A stretch of DNA of 64,000 nt from Camelus dromedarius (lineage: Eukaryota), in NCBI RefSeq assembly GCF_036321535.1, contig NC_087451.1, positions 55,924,001 to 55,988,000 of the forward strand. Reading direction: 5' to 3'. The notes below the pieces were generated by a model. It worked only from the letters and a program-made list of their open reading frames with translations. It did no database searches and had not been told where the DNA came from. Positions 8,613-21,178 of the stretch are shown piece by piece (within the stretch, counting starts at the first letter, position 1; every line of letters begins with the position of its first letter). The translations under genes were made by a program, and so were the position numbers.

Positions 8613-10450
8613 GCACAGAGGCTCTGGTCGGCCCCTCACCAGGGTCCTCAGGCACCTGGTACTCAAGCACTTTGCACAACATCCCAAGCCACGTCTGACA
8701 TCTTCCCCTGGGAGCAACTTCCTGCCCCCAAGGGAAAGAGTTGGGTGGACTTACTCCTGGACTCATAAGCCTGTTCATCCTGCTGAAGTACTCTCCCCCT
8801 TGCTCCTTCAAACCAAAACCACCCTGCTGGTTCTGCCCTGCCTGGGGAAAGGGGCCACAGAGCTCCTTCCTCTGGCCCCTCCCAGCGAGATCTATTCCGG
8901 AGATGCAGTTCCCAGCCAACCTCCTCTTCCCAAGCAGGCCGGAGAGCTGCCCACCCTCCCATCTTGCAGAGTGGAATTGTGGGAGGGATTGGCAGCCTTT
9001 CTGTCCACCACCTACCCAGCTTCTCCCTGGTCTGGGCTGGGACCCCTAGATGGATTCCTGAATATCACATGCCCTTGTGCGTCCGTGCGTGAGTGTGCCC
9101 CCTTTTAAAGAGCAGGAAGGTATCTGGTCATTGAGGGAAGGTGTTGTGTGTGTGCTGGGGAGGGGGGTCCTTCTGTTTGGTGCTACCCTTGTCTACTCTG
9201 GATAGTACGGGGTGCTTTCCCTATCCCCACCACTCCCTGCCCACCGCCTCTGCTGCCCTACACACCCAGACGTGTGGACGAAGCTGCTCATGAGGGCAAG
9301 GAGCAGCAGCGGGAGGGAAGGTTACCTGTCAGCCCTTCCAAGTCCCCCACTCAGGCCTCCCAGAGCTCCCTGGGTGGGCTCCGATGAGAGGAAAGATGCT
9401 CAGGGAAACACAGGACGAAGCTGCCCACAGGACCCTCCCTCTGCATTGCAGTGGGGTGAGGTGTGGTATGATCAGGAGTTCTGGGTGCCTGCTGCCCAGA
9501 CTCCTGCTTTTAGGGTATCTCACTGCTAAGAAGGGAGTTGTCTTCTCCCTTCTGGCTCTTCTGTGGGATACCAACACACAGTCTCCATCTTTTCCCTGTC
9601 TTGACTCCCCTTTGGTCCTTCCCATCAGAGCTGGGGTGGACCCCTGTACCCGGGCAGGCAGCTCCAAAAAGTGGGGGAGGGAACGGCAGAGACTGGAAAG
9701 GCAAAACTGGACTCTGGTGATGCCTATTACCTCTCGGTCTCCCCTCCATCTCCCATCACAGGCCTCCAGGACTGAGGGGCGCGGGGCTCCTGGCAGCTAT
9801 GGGGTGAGATTTCCTTGTATAGCCTCACCCTCCTTTCTGGCACCACCTCTTCCCCTTCTGAAGAGGCAGCAGCTGCTGCCACCAAAGCAGCTGCTGCTCC
9901 TGCTCTGAGGGTGTATATATTTTTTACCAAAAGCTCTGAAATTGTACACTTATTTTTTAAAACCCAAAGAGGGAAAGAGCCTTGTATCATATGTAAACAG
10001 TGTATCATAGGTTATGTTGTACAGTCCCTTTTATACAGCGGTCCCTCGTGTTCCAGCCGCAGAAAATGCTGGCAGATTCCCCGCCCCTAGCCCATCCGCA
10101 GGCGCTGTGTCCCACCCCTGCCATCCCTTAAAGACGGTGACCGTGTCCCCTCCGGCTCCCTGCCTCCTTCCTGCTACTGCTGATGGCCCTCCTCTCCCTG
10201 CAGCCGCCCTTCCTCCTGACCCCTCTTGCACTCCAGCCCTCACCGCCCTCCGCACCCTGGGGCCCACTGGGCCAGTCTTGGCTGCTGCCCGCCCCTCCCT
10301 TGACGCCTGCCCCGCTGCCTCCCAGGGGCCTCCCGGATCCTTCCCGTGCCCCACAGCTTTAACAGAGTGAACTGTGTTTACTGTACAGGCGCGCTTGTCA
10401 TGGCAGAAGCCTCCTGGTGGAGTAAAAGCCCATAAAGTCTATGAATCCAC
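8613..10450 (+). other. RAPGEFL1: RAPGEFL1 3'UTR (end approximate)
   Basis: Repeat-free sequence after the stop, an AU-rich block at about 9910-10035, and variant poly(A) signals AGTAAA (10421-10426) and CATAAA (10431-10436). No AATAAA seen. Confidence 0.6.
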
Positions 10451-11325
10451 CTGCCTGCTGTTCTCCATTCTGTTTCTTTGAGGCTGAGGCAGGGCCAAGC
10501 AAGGGGAGAGGGAACCAGGGCTCTCAGGGCTCCAGGCTGCCTCAGGAGGGTTATTCCGGAGTGACTTTGAAACTGTGGATGAGAGGAAAAGGTGCTAGCC
10601 TCATAAGACATGCCACCCGATGCCTGGAACTTGGAAGGGTGAATGTCCTAGTTCTTCCATGTTCCAGGTGCCATGGATATGTGATCTTGTTTAATTCTAA
10701 CCCTGGAAGGTCGGAAGGCGGAAGCCAGGCAGTCCTAGCACAATGTCCAAGATTCAGGGTGAGCAAGGAGGCAGGATGGGGCCCCTAACCCAGATCTGTC
10801 CACTGAAAAAGGCATGCATGTTCACTAGGCACTACCCAGACAGCATGCACTCTGCACACCAGTACCTACCAGTTATACTAAGATGTGGGGCATCTAGAGC
10901 CTAAGCTCCAGGAGACACTGTGTATTCCAGCAGGTACACATGAGCCGTTGACCTTTGCTTGTCCTGCATCTGTTATTCTCTCAGTCTTCTGCATCTCAGA
11001 AAATGGTCCTCTCATCCACTCAAGTTTTCCAGGTGAGAATCTAGGACTCACCTTTCATACCGCTTTCTCTCATCCCTCACTCATCTCATCGGCCTGCCTG
11101 TCAGCTACAATTCTAGCACATATCCCAATTGGTGCATTTCTCTAAGACCTCTCTATTACCACCCAGTCCAAAACACGTTCATGTCTTCCCTGGACGACTG
11201 CACTAGCCTCCTACCTGGGCTCTCAACTTCCTCTCTCCAACCCACCCCTAACCCCACCAGTGGGTTCCCCACACTACAGCTGGCATGCTCCTTTACAAAT
11301 GTAAATCAGAGAAAGGGATGATGCT

Positions 11326-11960
11326 AAGTATCGGTGAGGATGTGGAGCAACTGGAACTTTTATACATTGCTGGTGGGAGTGTAAATTTGTACAACCAGTT
11401 TGGAAAATTGTTTGGTCATATCTACTAGAACTTAACGTACACTGAACCTGTGACCTAGCATTTCCTCTCCTAGGTGTATAGCTAAGAGAAATTAGTGCTT
11501 ATGTCCACCAAAAGACAGGTATAACGGTGATCCTAACAGTTTAATTCATGATTTAAAAATTGGAAAAAAAACGTTTAACAGGTGAATGGACAAATCCATT
11601 GTGGTATATTCTTATGATGGAATATGACATAGCAATAAAAAAGGAACAAACAGCTATTACTTGCCTAAATGAATCTCACAGACATAATATTGAGTAAAAG
11701 AAGCCAGACACATAGACTACACACTGTATAATTCTGTTTAGAGAAGTTCAAAAACAGGTAAAATTATGGGGATAGAAATAAAAATAGTGGTTACCCATGG
11801 GGTGGAAAAGAATATTGACTAGAAAGGGACATGAAGAAGCTCTCTGTGGTGATAGAAATGTTCTGTATCTTGAACTGGGCATGACTACACATGTGTGTGT
11901 GTTTTCACTGAATTGTGAGATTTATACATTTCACTGTAATGTCACATGTCAACTAAAACA
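11326..11960 (+). mobile_element. Old L1 (L1MC/ME-like) 3' fragment
   Basis: gtgaggatgtggagcaactggaact...gctggtgggagtgtaaat...aagccagacacatagactacacactgtataatt. Confidence 0.75.
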
Positions 11961-12024
11961 ATTCTGACCATAATACTCCTCTGTTTTTGATAACACTTAG
12001 ATTAAAAATCAAAATCCTCCCTCT

Positions 12025-12534
12025 CCTTGTTTATTTATTTTATATATAGTAGTTTGGATCTATGAATCCCAAACTCCTAATTTATCCCTCTCTCCACTTT
12101 CCCCTTTGGTAACCATAAGTTTGTTTTCTAGGTCTGTGAGTCTGTTTCTGCTTTGTAAATAAGTCCATTTGTATCATTTTTTAAGATTCAACATATAAGT
12201 GATACCATATGATATTTGTCTTTCTCTGTCTGACTTACTTCACTTAGTAAGATAATGTCTAGGTCCATCCATGTTCCTGCAAATGGCATTAATTCTTTTT
12301 TATGGTTGAGTAGTATTCCATTGTATATATATACCACAATTTCTTTACCCAATCATCTGTCCTACTGTACACACAGGGAACTATATTCAATATCTTATAA
12401 TAATTATAATGAAAAAACATATGAAAAAGAATATTTATATATGTATAACTGAATCACTATGCTGTACACCAGAAACTAACAACATTGTGTATCAATATTG
12501 TGAAAAGAAAAAGTTCTTTAAAAGGCTGGAAAAA
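12025..12534. mobile_element. Artiodactyl-type L1 3' end with 5' inversion (minus 12025-12359, plus 12360-12534)
   Basis: The two halves are contiguous when compared with the uninverted L1 copies at about 20960-21030 and 33540-33600. Confidence 0.85.
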
Positions 12535-13941
12535 AAAGTCCTTCCTCTCTGACCTCACCTCCTCTTCCTCCTCTCCCTTGTCCTACTCCAACCACGCTGA
12601 CTGCCTTACTGTTCCTAAAATACATAACACTCATTTATGTTTCAGAGATTTTACCTTTGCTCTTCCCTGAGCCTCTCCTGACTATTCCTATCCTCCCCTC
12701 CACCCCCACTCTCTATCCCCTCAGCCTCCTGTATTTTCCTCAATACCCTCATCGCTCCCTGACATCATCTATACTTCTCTGTGTTTTTGTTCTGTGCTTA
12801 CTCCTCACCTACTAAAGTGAGCTCCTTGTTCACTCATCAGAACCTGGAATAGTACTTCGCACAAAGAAGACACTCAATACATATTTGCCGAATGAATCAA
12901 TGAGGTTGTTTGAAATAGGAGCTGTAAGAGGGGGACAAGACACAAGGTGATGAGTGCTCTAGGAATTAAGCTAAGGAGATTCACTACTAGTCTGGGGCTG
13001 GGGGTGGGGGATAATAAGAGAAAGCTTCTTGGAAGAGATGTCCCAGGTCCTGAAGCAGGCAAACGGTTTGCTGACCAAAGCGTGGAAGTGGGAAGTCAGG
13101 GATGAGGCACTGGGAGGCATTGCTGGGCTCTGAGATCTGCCCATCATGACACAAGAAGTGGTCAAAGGGCTCTGTGGGCTGTGTGGGGAGAGGATGAGCT
13201 TGCTCAGGAACATTGCACTCTCTAGACTGGTTTGGCAGTGAACAAAAGGGTGAAAATAATTCGGAGTAGTCAGAAGACCAGCATACTAAGATGCCCTCTT
13301 TTTTTTTTTTTTTTTGACTTGTCGGTTCTTTGGAATTTTTATTTTCTTAAATAGATTTTTGTTTCCTTGAGCATAAAGAATCCCTGTCCTTTCCTTATCT
13401 CTGTTCAAATACTCATCATTTGGGTTTTTTTTTTAAGAACAAGAAGCTGCCCACCAATTTTCTCCCCTCTCAAAGGTCCTGTCTTTTCCTTTCTCAATTT
13501 TTTTTTAATTGAAGTATAGTTAATTTACAATGTTGTGTTAGTTTCAGGTGTAATAAAATGCCCTCTTGAACATGGTGTAGGCAGTGAAGAATTTAAGCAG
13601 TGTGCTTTGAATCCACTAGGTGTCACCACCAAGATTCTGTTCTCACCAGGCTTGGTAGGAAGGAGGCCTAGGGGAGGGAGAGAGGAGGTGGGGGCTCATA
13701 TAGAGTATTTCTGGGGGATGTCTTGACTCTCTCAGAAAGTCTATCCCCAGGCATGAGAAATTTGACCAGAACAACCTGTATCTTTCATTCTCTGCCTCTC
13801 TACTGGCTTCTTCCCATTAAGCATTTAAACCCTCTCAACGTTTCATTTTGTTTTTTTTAAATTGGCTTCATTTTTAAAAACACTTTCCTTGATCCACTGT
13901 AGCTACTGTCCCCTCTGACTTCCAGTGCCAGGCCAACCAAA

Positions 13942-14081
13942 CTTTTTTTTTTCCAAACTGAAAAACACTTTTTTTTCCTTTTTTAACTTTACTCATTTAT
14001 TTTAATAGAGGTACTGGGTATTGAACCCAGGACCTCAATGCATGCTAGGCAGGCACTCTACCACTGAGCTATACCCTCCCC
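13942..14081 (-). mobile_element. Vic-1-type SINE
   Basis: Poly-T then gaggtactgggtattgaacccaggacctc...ctaccactgagctataccctcccc. Confidence 0.88.
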
Positions 14082-14352
14082 AACCCAAGCTTCTTGAAAG
14101 GGTAGGCTCCACATCCTCATGTTCCATTCATTCCTTTTTTTATTTTGTCTTGTTTCCCCAACTTTTCATCATAAAAGATTTAAAACCCAGAAAAGTTGAA
14201 AGATTAATGCAATTAATACTCTTAGATATTTCTAGACCCTAACATTTTGCTAAATTTGTTTTTATTCTCTCTCTACACACACATACACACACACATACAC
14301 ATACTTTCTCTTTTGCCACACTACTTGAAAATAAGTTGCAAATATTAATATA

Positions 14353-14455
14353 GGGGGGTAGATATAGCTCAGTGGTAGAGCATATGCTTAGCGTGAAGGA
14401 ATTCTTGAGTTCAATGCCCAGCACCTCCATTAAAACATAAATAAATTAAAAATTT
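14353..14455 (+). mobile_element. Vic-1-type SINE
   Basis: gatatagctcagtggtagagcatatgcttagc...gagttcaatgcccagcacctccattaaa. Confidence 0.85.
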
Positions 14456-14874
14456 TAAACATGTTAATATCATTTCACTCCTAAAAACCTCAGCAGGAAT
14501 CAGCTAAGAAAAAGGACGTTCCCCCACATGTCCACCACACCATTATCACACCCAAGAAAATCAACAGTAGTTCTATGATATCAGCTAATATTCAGCTTAT
14601 ATTTAACTTTGCCCGGTTGTCTCAAAAAATGTCTTTAAGAAAACTTTAAAAAAATTCATGATCTAATCAACACCCATGCATTGCATTTGGCTGTTATATC
14701 TCGTCAGCCTCTTTTAATCTAGGACAGCTTCTTTTCTTTTCTTTTATGACATTGACTTTTCAAAGTCTAGGGCAGGTGTCTTGTAAGTTCTTGACTTGTC
14801 TGATTGTCTCCCCTTGCTCTTGTTTACCTGCACCTTCATTCCCTCTACAGAGTGTAAGCTATTTGTTCTGTCTA

Positions 14875-15225
14875 GAGCAGCAGAGTCCAAAACAAATATA
14901 ATGTGAGCTGAATACGTAATTAAAATTTTTCTAGTAGTCACATTAAAGAAGTAAGAAAAAACAGGCAAATTAATTTTAAGAATCTATTTTATTCAACCCA
15001 AAATATCCAAAATTATATCATTTCAACATGTAATCGATATAAAAATATTAATGAGATAGTTTACATTTTTAAGGGGGGTATGAAGTCTTTGAAATCTGGT
15101 GTGCATTTTATCCTTACAGAATATGTCAATTCAGACTGGTCACATTTTAATTCATCAATAGCTATAAATGGCTCCCAGGTTGGACAGTATAGTTCTGGTG
15201 GTTTCTGGAGCTTAAGTGTCCTAGA
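14875..15225. mobile_element. MER3/MER33-like hAT-Charlie element
   Basis: aatataatgtgagc...cacattaaagaagtaagaaaaaacagg...atcatttcaacatgtaatc...tggtgtgcattttatccttacag. Confidence 0.65.
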
Positions 15226-15835
15226 GAAGAATACTTTGCAGGTGATGCTGTTAATAGCGTTACCCGGGAGGTGAATAAGGTCAGGTTGGCCCATAATAGT
15301 GATGGCTGAGTTTGGCTCTGTGGTTAAGGAGGGCCTGCCAGATTTCTCCATTAAAAAGACTTTTATTTTTTTTTCCTTTTTGTAGTTTGTACATGGTGAT
15401 TTTTGCAGCTGGCAAATATCTTGTGTATCCCAACCATTTACTCCTGTTAAAAAGTTATTTTTAAATGTGTTGTGAAATATTTCAATCATACAAAAAGTTT
15501 AAAAACTAATGAACACCCGTGTCTCCACCACTCAGCTTAAGAAATGAACCCTTACCACTACAGCTGAGGCCCCTGGTACTTGCCCCTCCCTTTCTCCCCA
15601 GAAGCAACCACTTTCCTGGGTGTGGTATCATTTCCATGTGTTTCTCTAAACTCTCGTTACATGATATACATCTCAAAATAACATAGTGTTTTGATTTTGG
15701 AGGGTAGCAGTTTTATTGAGATGTAATTCACATCCACTATTTAAAGTGTATAATTAATGGCTTTTAGTATATCCATAGACTTGTGCAACTATCAGCACAA
15801 TTTTGGAACATTTTCATCACTCCAAAAAGAAACTC

Positions 15836-16290
15836 TCTGCACCAGAATGTTCATAACACCATAATTTGCAGTAGTTAAAAAGTGGAAACGACTCAATGTC
15901 CATCAACTGATGAATGGAGAAACTGAAATGTGCTACATTCATACAGTGGTGTGTTATTTNNNNNNNNNNNNNNNNNNNNNNNNNNNNNNNNNNNNNNNNN
16001 NNNNNNNNNNNNNNNNNNNNNNNNNNNNNNNNNNNNNNNNNNNNNNNNNNNNNNNNNNNNNNNNNNNNNNNNNNNNNNNNNNNNNNNNNNNNNNNNNNNN
16101 NNNNNNNNNNNNNNNNNNNNNNNNNNNNNNNNNNNNNNNNGAGAAGGACAGAAGTGGGAGAGACTGCTAATACATGGAGCTTCTTTTTGGGGTGATGGAA
16201 ATGTTCTGGAATTAGATGGTAGTGATGGTTGCACAGCATCGTGAATATAAAACCCACTCAACTATACACTTTAGCGGGGTTAAAATGGTT
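15836..16290 (+). mobile_element. L1 3' fragment (contains N gap 15960-16140)
   Basis: gaatgttcataacaccataatttgcagtagttaaaaagtggaaac...ttttggggtgatggaaatgttctggaattagat. Confidence 0.75.
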
Positions 16291-16294
16291 CCAT

Positions 16295-16590
16295 ATTATG
16301 TGAACCTTATTTGCTTGACTTGTAGACACATCACTCCAATCTCTGTCTCCATCTTCACATGGTGGTCTCCCCTGTATGTGGCTCTGAATCCTCTTCTGTT
16401 CTTAGGACACCAGACATTCGATGTAGGGCCCACCCTAGCCCAGGATGACTTCATCTTAATCTAGCATGGCCTCAATTTAACTAATTCCATCTGCAAAGAC
16501 CTTATTTCCAAATAAGGTCAAATTCTGAGGTTCCAGATAAACGTGAATTGCTGGGTCTGGGGTGCCATTCATCAACCTACAACAAACTCC
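16295..16590. mobile_element. MLT1 (ERVL-MaLR) LTR fragment
   Basis: actccaatctctgtctccatcttcacatgg...agggcccaccctagcccaggatgacttcatcttaa...catctgcaaagaccttatttccaaataaggtca. Confidence 0.75.
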
Positions 16591-16616
16591 CTTGCCCATT
16601 TAGAAACTGGGTTGGT

Positions 16617-16750
16617 GAGGGAGGGTATAGCTCAGTGGTAGAGTGCCCTAGCATGCACGAGGGTCCTGGGTTCAATCCCCAGTACCTCCATTAAAAAAAT
16701 AAACTTAATTACCTCCTGCCACAAAACAAAAGACAAAAATAAAATAAAAA
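16617..16750 (+). mobile_element. Vic-1-type SINE
   Basis: gagggagggtatagctcagtggtagagtgccctagcatgcacgagggtcctgggttcaatccccagtacctccatt plus A-rich tail. Confidence 0.9.
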
Positions 16751-17244
16751 TTGAGTTGTCGTTTTCATATTTGCATGTTTTTAAACTCCATGTAAATACC
16801 GTTCTACCAGAGGTAGTGTTCAGCAACTTCCCCCCTCAACGTCATGCTTGTGAGACTCTCCCAGGTCAATATGTGTAACTCTAGTTTGATTTTGTTGCTG
16901 TATGTTTCCTTTTCATTCTTCGAACGAGGGCATCTGGCTTCTGCCCTCATTACTCACTGAAACGGTTCTTGTCAAGGCCACTGACTCCCATGTTACCAAG
17001 TCCAAGGGAAACTTATCTTACTGTTCCTCTCTCTGGCATTTGATATTTCTGATCATCCCTCCTTCCTAACCACTCATTGCGACTTCCGGACCCTACACTC
17101 TCAGGATTTCCCTCTGTCCTCTCTTTCTAAGTCTCCTTTGCTGGCTTTCTCCCTCAGTTTAGTCCTTGCACATGGACTCCCTTGGCTCTGTACTGAGCCC
17201 TCTTCTCTTCCTGCTATACTCTGGGCTTAGATTTCATCAGCAGA

Positions 17245-17735
17245 TTTCTGTTTGGGGATCTGCTGCTGCATAACAAACTTCCAAATTTGGTGGCTTAAAA
17301 CAGCAACCATTTTGTAACTTCTCATGATCCTCTGGGTTAATGGGGGCTCAACTGGGCAGTTCTGCTGTCTTACTTGGAGTATCTCATGTGGCTGTGGTCA
17401 GAAGGTGACTGAAGCTGGAATGTTCAAGACGGCTGCCCACTCATCTCAAACTTGGCGGAAACAGCTGGAAGGCTGGGATGGCTGGACCTCTCTCTCTCCA
17501 TGTCAAAGCCTCCCCTCCAGGTGGTCTCTACAACAGAACAGTGGATTTCTTACATGGGAGCTTAGGAGTTCCCAAAAGCACAAGAGTGGAGGCTTCTAGG
17601 TCTTCTTAAGGCTTAGTTCCAGACCTAGTACAGCGTCCTTCCTGCTGCATTAAAGGGAGTTACAGGCCAGCCCAGATTCAATGAATATGAGGAGTCCTGG
17701 GTCATTGGGGGCTGTCTTTAAAGGCTAGTTACCAC
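17245..17735. mobile_element. MLT1-type LTR fragment
   Basis: ctgctgctgcataacaaacttccaaatttggtggcttaaaacagcaaccatt...ggggctcaactgggcagttct. Confidence 0.65.
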
Positions 17736-19068
17736 AGTTCGTGAGTCCAGCCCCTTCTCTTCCTCCTTGACTCTCTCCAGCTAAGTCTTGGCATCACCTA
17801 CACACAGGAGTTCAAGCCAGAAACTTGGGAATCATCTTTGGCTCCTCCCTCTCTCCAGCCCTCACATTCCACTTCTTAAACATCTTTCGAAAGACTTCTT
17901 GCCATTTCTATCGCTGATAACATCATAATGATCATGGCGAAGATTAGTGAGTGCTTTCCACCTGTGTACACAGTTCAGATGCATTCCATTTAGTCTTATT
18001 TCCATTTGGCAGGTGAGAAGCCTGAGGCTGGTAGAGGTTGAGTAGCTTGTCTAAAGTCTCACCCTACTCAGGAGTGGGGAGAACTAAGACTTGAGGCATT
18101 GGGCTCTGCAGACAGGAAGCCCTGCCTCCAAGGTCTTTGTGTCCAGCAAGCCATTCAGAGCAGGCATCAAGCATCTCTCACTTAGATGCCCCCAGCAGCC
18201 TCCCAAGCAGCATTCCTGCCTGTAATCTGGCCCCTTCTAATACATCCTCCATGCTGCAGTCAGAGCGATCTTTCTAGAAGGCAAAGTGGGTCATGGCACT
18301 TCTTGGCTTAAACCTTCTAATGGCTTTCCTCTTGCCCTTGAGATAACATCTAATTTTTCAAAATAGATAATAAAGTCCTTCACAAATTGGCCCATGACAA
18401 CTTGACAGGGTAGCCTGGGGCAGTGGTTCTCCATGGGGGCATTTTGGAAATTTGTGGAGGCTTTTTTTGTTTATCATAATGATAAGGATGTGCTATTGGC
18501 ATTTGGTGGGCAGGGGTCAAGGATGCTAGATTTTGGCATTGCAAGGGACCGTTCCATAGAACCAGAAATTATCCACGTGACTTTCAGTGTCCCACTGAAC
18601 ATTCTGTGTAAAAAATCTATTATCATCTGAGCTGAGAATTTATCTCCATTAACCTTACACCCAAGGGAAGAGGGGACAGATTTAGCTCTAATGCACCCTT
18701 ACCATGAGGATGTAGACCTTTGGGGCCCCATCTTTATGAAGGAGGATCTCCTGTCAAACCCCCCTGTTTAGGAGGTCCTGGGGTGTTTTGTTTTCCCACA
18801 AGAGAGTGATGAAAGCTCAAGTTCACCTAGTTAGGCAAGTGTCCTTGGAGCAAAAGCCTGTCTCACTGTTCCACTTACCTCTCTCTGCGTCCCCTGCCTT
18901 CACTTACTTTGTTTTGCCCTGAAAATTGCTTACTTTTTCATCAAAGCATCTACGAGTAAGAAAAATATTTTATCTAAGATTTTTAGTTGTTAAGGGGAAG
19001 GTCTCCAAGGTACTTAGCTTGCCATATTGTCAGAGCAGGAAAATACAAATATAAAATATTTTTGCACA

Positions 19069-19156
19069 GGGGGGAAGGTATAGCTTAGCATGCACGAGGT
19101 CCTGCATTCAATCCCCTGTACCTCCATTAAAAAAAAAAAAAGAAAAAACAAAACAA
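19069..19156 (+). mobile_element. Vic-1-type SINE with internal deletion and perfect 16-bp TSD
   Basis: TSD aaaatatttttgcaca at 19053-19068 and 19157-19172; poly(A) tail. Confidence 0.9.
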
Positions 19157-19619
19157 AAAATATTTTTGCACATATTTAATACAATCTGTTTTTTCTAGGA
19201 CTATAACTACTGTGCTGTTCTATGTTGTTCAGAACTTTAACAAGAGTTGTTTGCCATTTGGGAAAATCATATCACGAATGACAACGCTACCCAATACAAC
19301 ACCCTTAGGTCAGTCTGCATTTGTCCCTGTCACAGTCTTAGTGATTCTAAGTATGAGTGCGAGCATGTGACTGCTTCACTGTACATCCTCCAGTGTAGTC
19401 ACGCCTGAGCATTGACAGATTGAAACGCCTTCTTCTTATTTGTCTTTTTTAATAGTCAGGGCATTATATTGACTTTCTGAAATAATGTTTTTGTTTTGGG
19501 GTGTTTTTTTGGAAATCAGATAGGTTAAATCATCTGTTAATTTCACTTCAGGATAGTAGAATTGAGTTATATTTGTTATAACAAAGGGATGGGGTCTGGT
19601 AGGGTGGAGAATCACAGAC

Positions 19620-19810
19620 TCCGGAGATAGTTCTGCTACTCTGTAGGCATGTGACTTTGGGCAAGATGGTTAACTTTTCTGTTTCTTCATCTGTGGAATG
19701 GGCATAATAACACTGCCTCTGAAAGTTATTGTGAGGATAAATGAGTTATGACATGTGATATTATAACAGACCCTGGCACATGGTAAGTATTAATAAATGT
19801 CAGATGTTAT
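19620..19810. mobile_element. MIR SINE
   Basis: tgtgactttgggcaagatggttaacttttct...catctgtggaatgggcataataa...gtgaggataaatgag. Confidence 0.75.
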
Positions 19811-20250
19811 GATTAGGTCTTCAATCAAATTTCTTACCTCTCCCCTAAGTTCTAGCTCTAACTATATCCAAATGCTTCCAGTTTTGGGGCTGTGGCCATG
19901 ATTCTTCTTGGTTTGGGCATATTCTCTCTCTGTCCCAGAATGCTTTTCCCTCCCCTCTGCTCCTGGCCAATTCCTACTTATCCATTAGGTCTCACTTAGG
20001 TATTACTTTTTTTATGAAGCCAACACCTATATCCCCAGGTCTAGGTGAGATGTTTCTGTTCTGCACCCCAGGGGCTGTGCTTATCATGGAGTGATGTTAT
20101 AGAGAATGGGAGGTTTACCTTAGCTACGGTGGGCAGTGAGGAGGGGACATTTGAGCTAAAGCCTGAGAAATGAGGAAGAAGCAGAGTAGAACCAATACAA
20201 AGGCCTTGAGGAACCACTTGGTGCACTGCAGCACTGGCAAGCAGGTCTGC

Positions 20251-21178
20251 TGAATAGACATTTCTCCAGTGAAGACATACAGATGGCCAACAGGCACTTG
20301 AAAAGATNNNNNNNNNNNNNNNNNNNNNNNNNNNNNNNNNNNNNNNNNNNNNNNNNNNNNNNNNNNNNNNNNNNNNNNNNNNNNNNNNNNNNNNNNNNNN
20401 NNNNNNNNNNNNNNNNNNNNNNNNNNNNNNNNNNNNNNNNNNNNNTGTTGGGGGGAATGTAATTTGGTGCAGCCATTATAGAAAACAGTACGGAGATTCC
20501 TTAAAAACCTAAAAATAGAGTTACCATATGATCCAGCAATCCCACTCCTAGGCATGTATCTGGGGAAAACTAATTCAAAAAGATGCAGGCACCGTAATGT
20601 TCATAGCAGCACTATTGACAACAACCAAAATGTGGAAGCAACCTTAATANNNNNNNNNNNNNNNNNNNNNNNNNNNNNNNNNNNNNNNNNNNNNNNNNNN
20701 NNNNNNNNNNNNNNNNNNNNNNNNNNNNNNNNNNNNNNNNNNNNNNNNNNNNNNNNNNNNNNNNNNNNNNNNNNNNNNNNNNNNTAAGTCAGAGGAGAAA
20801 GACAAATATCATATGGTATCACTTATATGTGGAATCTTAAAAAATGATACAAGTGAACTTATTTACAAAACAGAAAGTGACTCATAGACAGGAAACAAAC
20901 TTATGCTTACCAAAGGGGAAGGGGAGGGGAGGAATAAATTAGGAGTTTGGGATTAGCAGATACAAACTACTATATATAAAATAGATAAACAACAAGGTCC
21001 TACTGTATAGCACAGGCAACTATATTCAATAGCTTGTAACAACCTATAGTGAAAAAGAATATGAAAGAGAATGTATGTAACTGTATATAGACATATATAA
21101 CTACATCACTATGCTGTACATTAGAAACTAACACAACATTGTGAATCAACTATATTTCAATTAAAAAAAAAAGAAAGA
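20251..21178 (+). mobile_element. Artiodactyl-type L1 3' end with poly(A) tail (two N gaps inside)
   Basis: gaatagacatttctccagtgaagacatacagatggccaacaggcac...cagcaatcccactcctaggc...gatacaaactactatatataaaatagataaacaacaaggtcc...tttcaattaaaaaaaaa. Confidence 0.9.

Larger units (their letters stand above)
686..10450 (+). other. RAPGEFL1: RAPGEFL1 gene span (5'-partial; first exon lies upstream of the window), Rap guanine nucleotide exchange factor-like 1
   Basis: 13 visible phase-consistent exons (one more inferred in an N-gap) splice into DILLDDIVLTHSLFLPTEKFLQELHQY...[37 protein letters not shown]...QVIDNQNLLFELSYKLEANSQ*, an Epac-family RasGEF(CDC25) protein that I recognise as RAPGEFL1. It lies upstream of WIPF2, as in other mammals. 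3' end is approximate. Confidence 0.96.

Noticed and set aside
8491-9108. 205-aa ORF overlapping the RAPGEFL1 last exon and 3'UTR
   Set aside because: Alternative frame of GC-rich exon/UTR sequence. No evidence that its ATG is near a transcript 5' end, and no recognisable homology.
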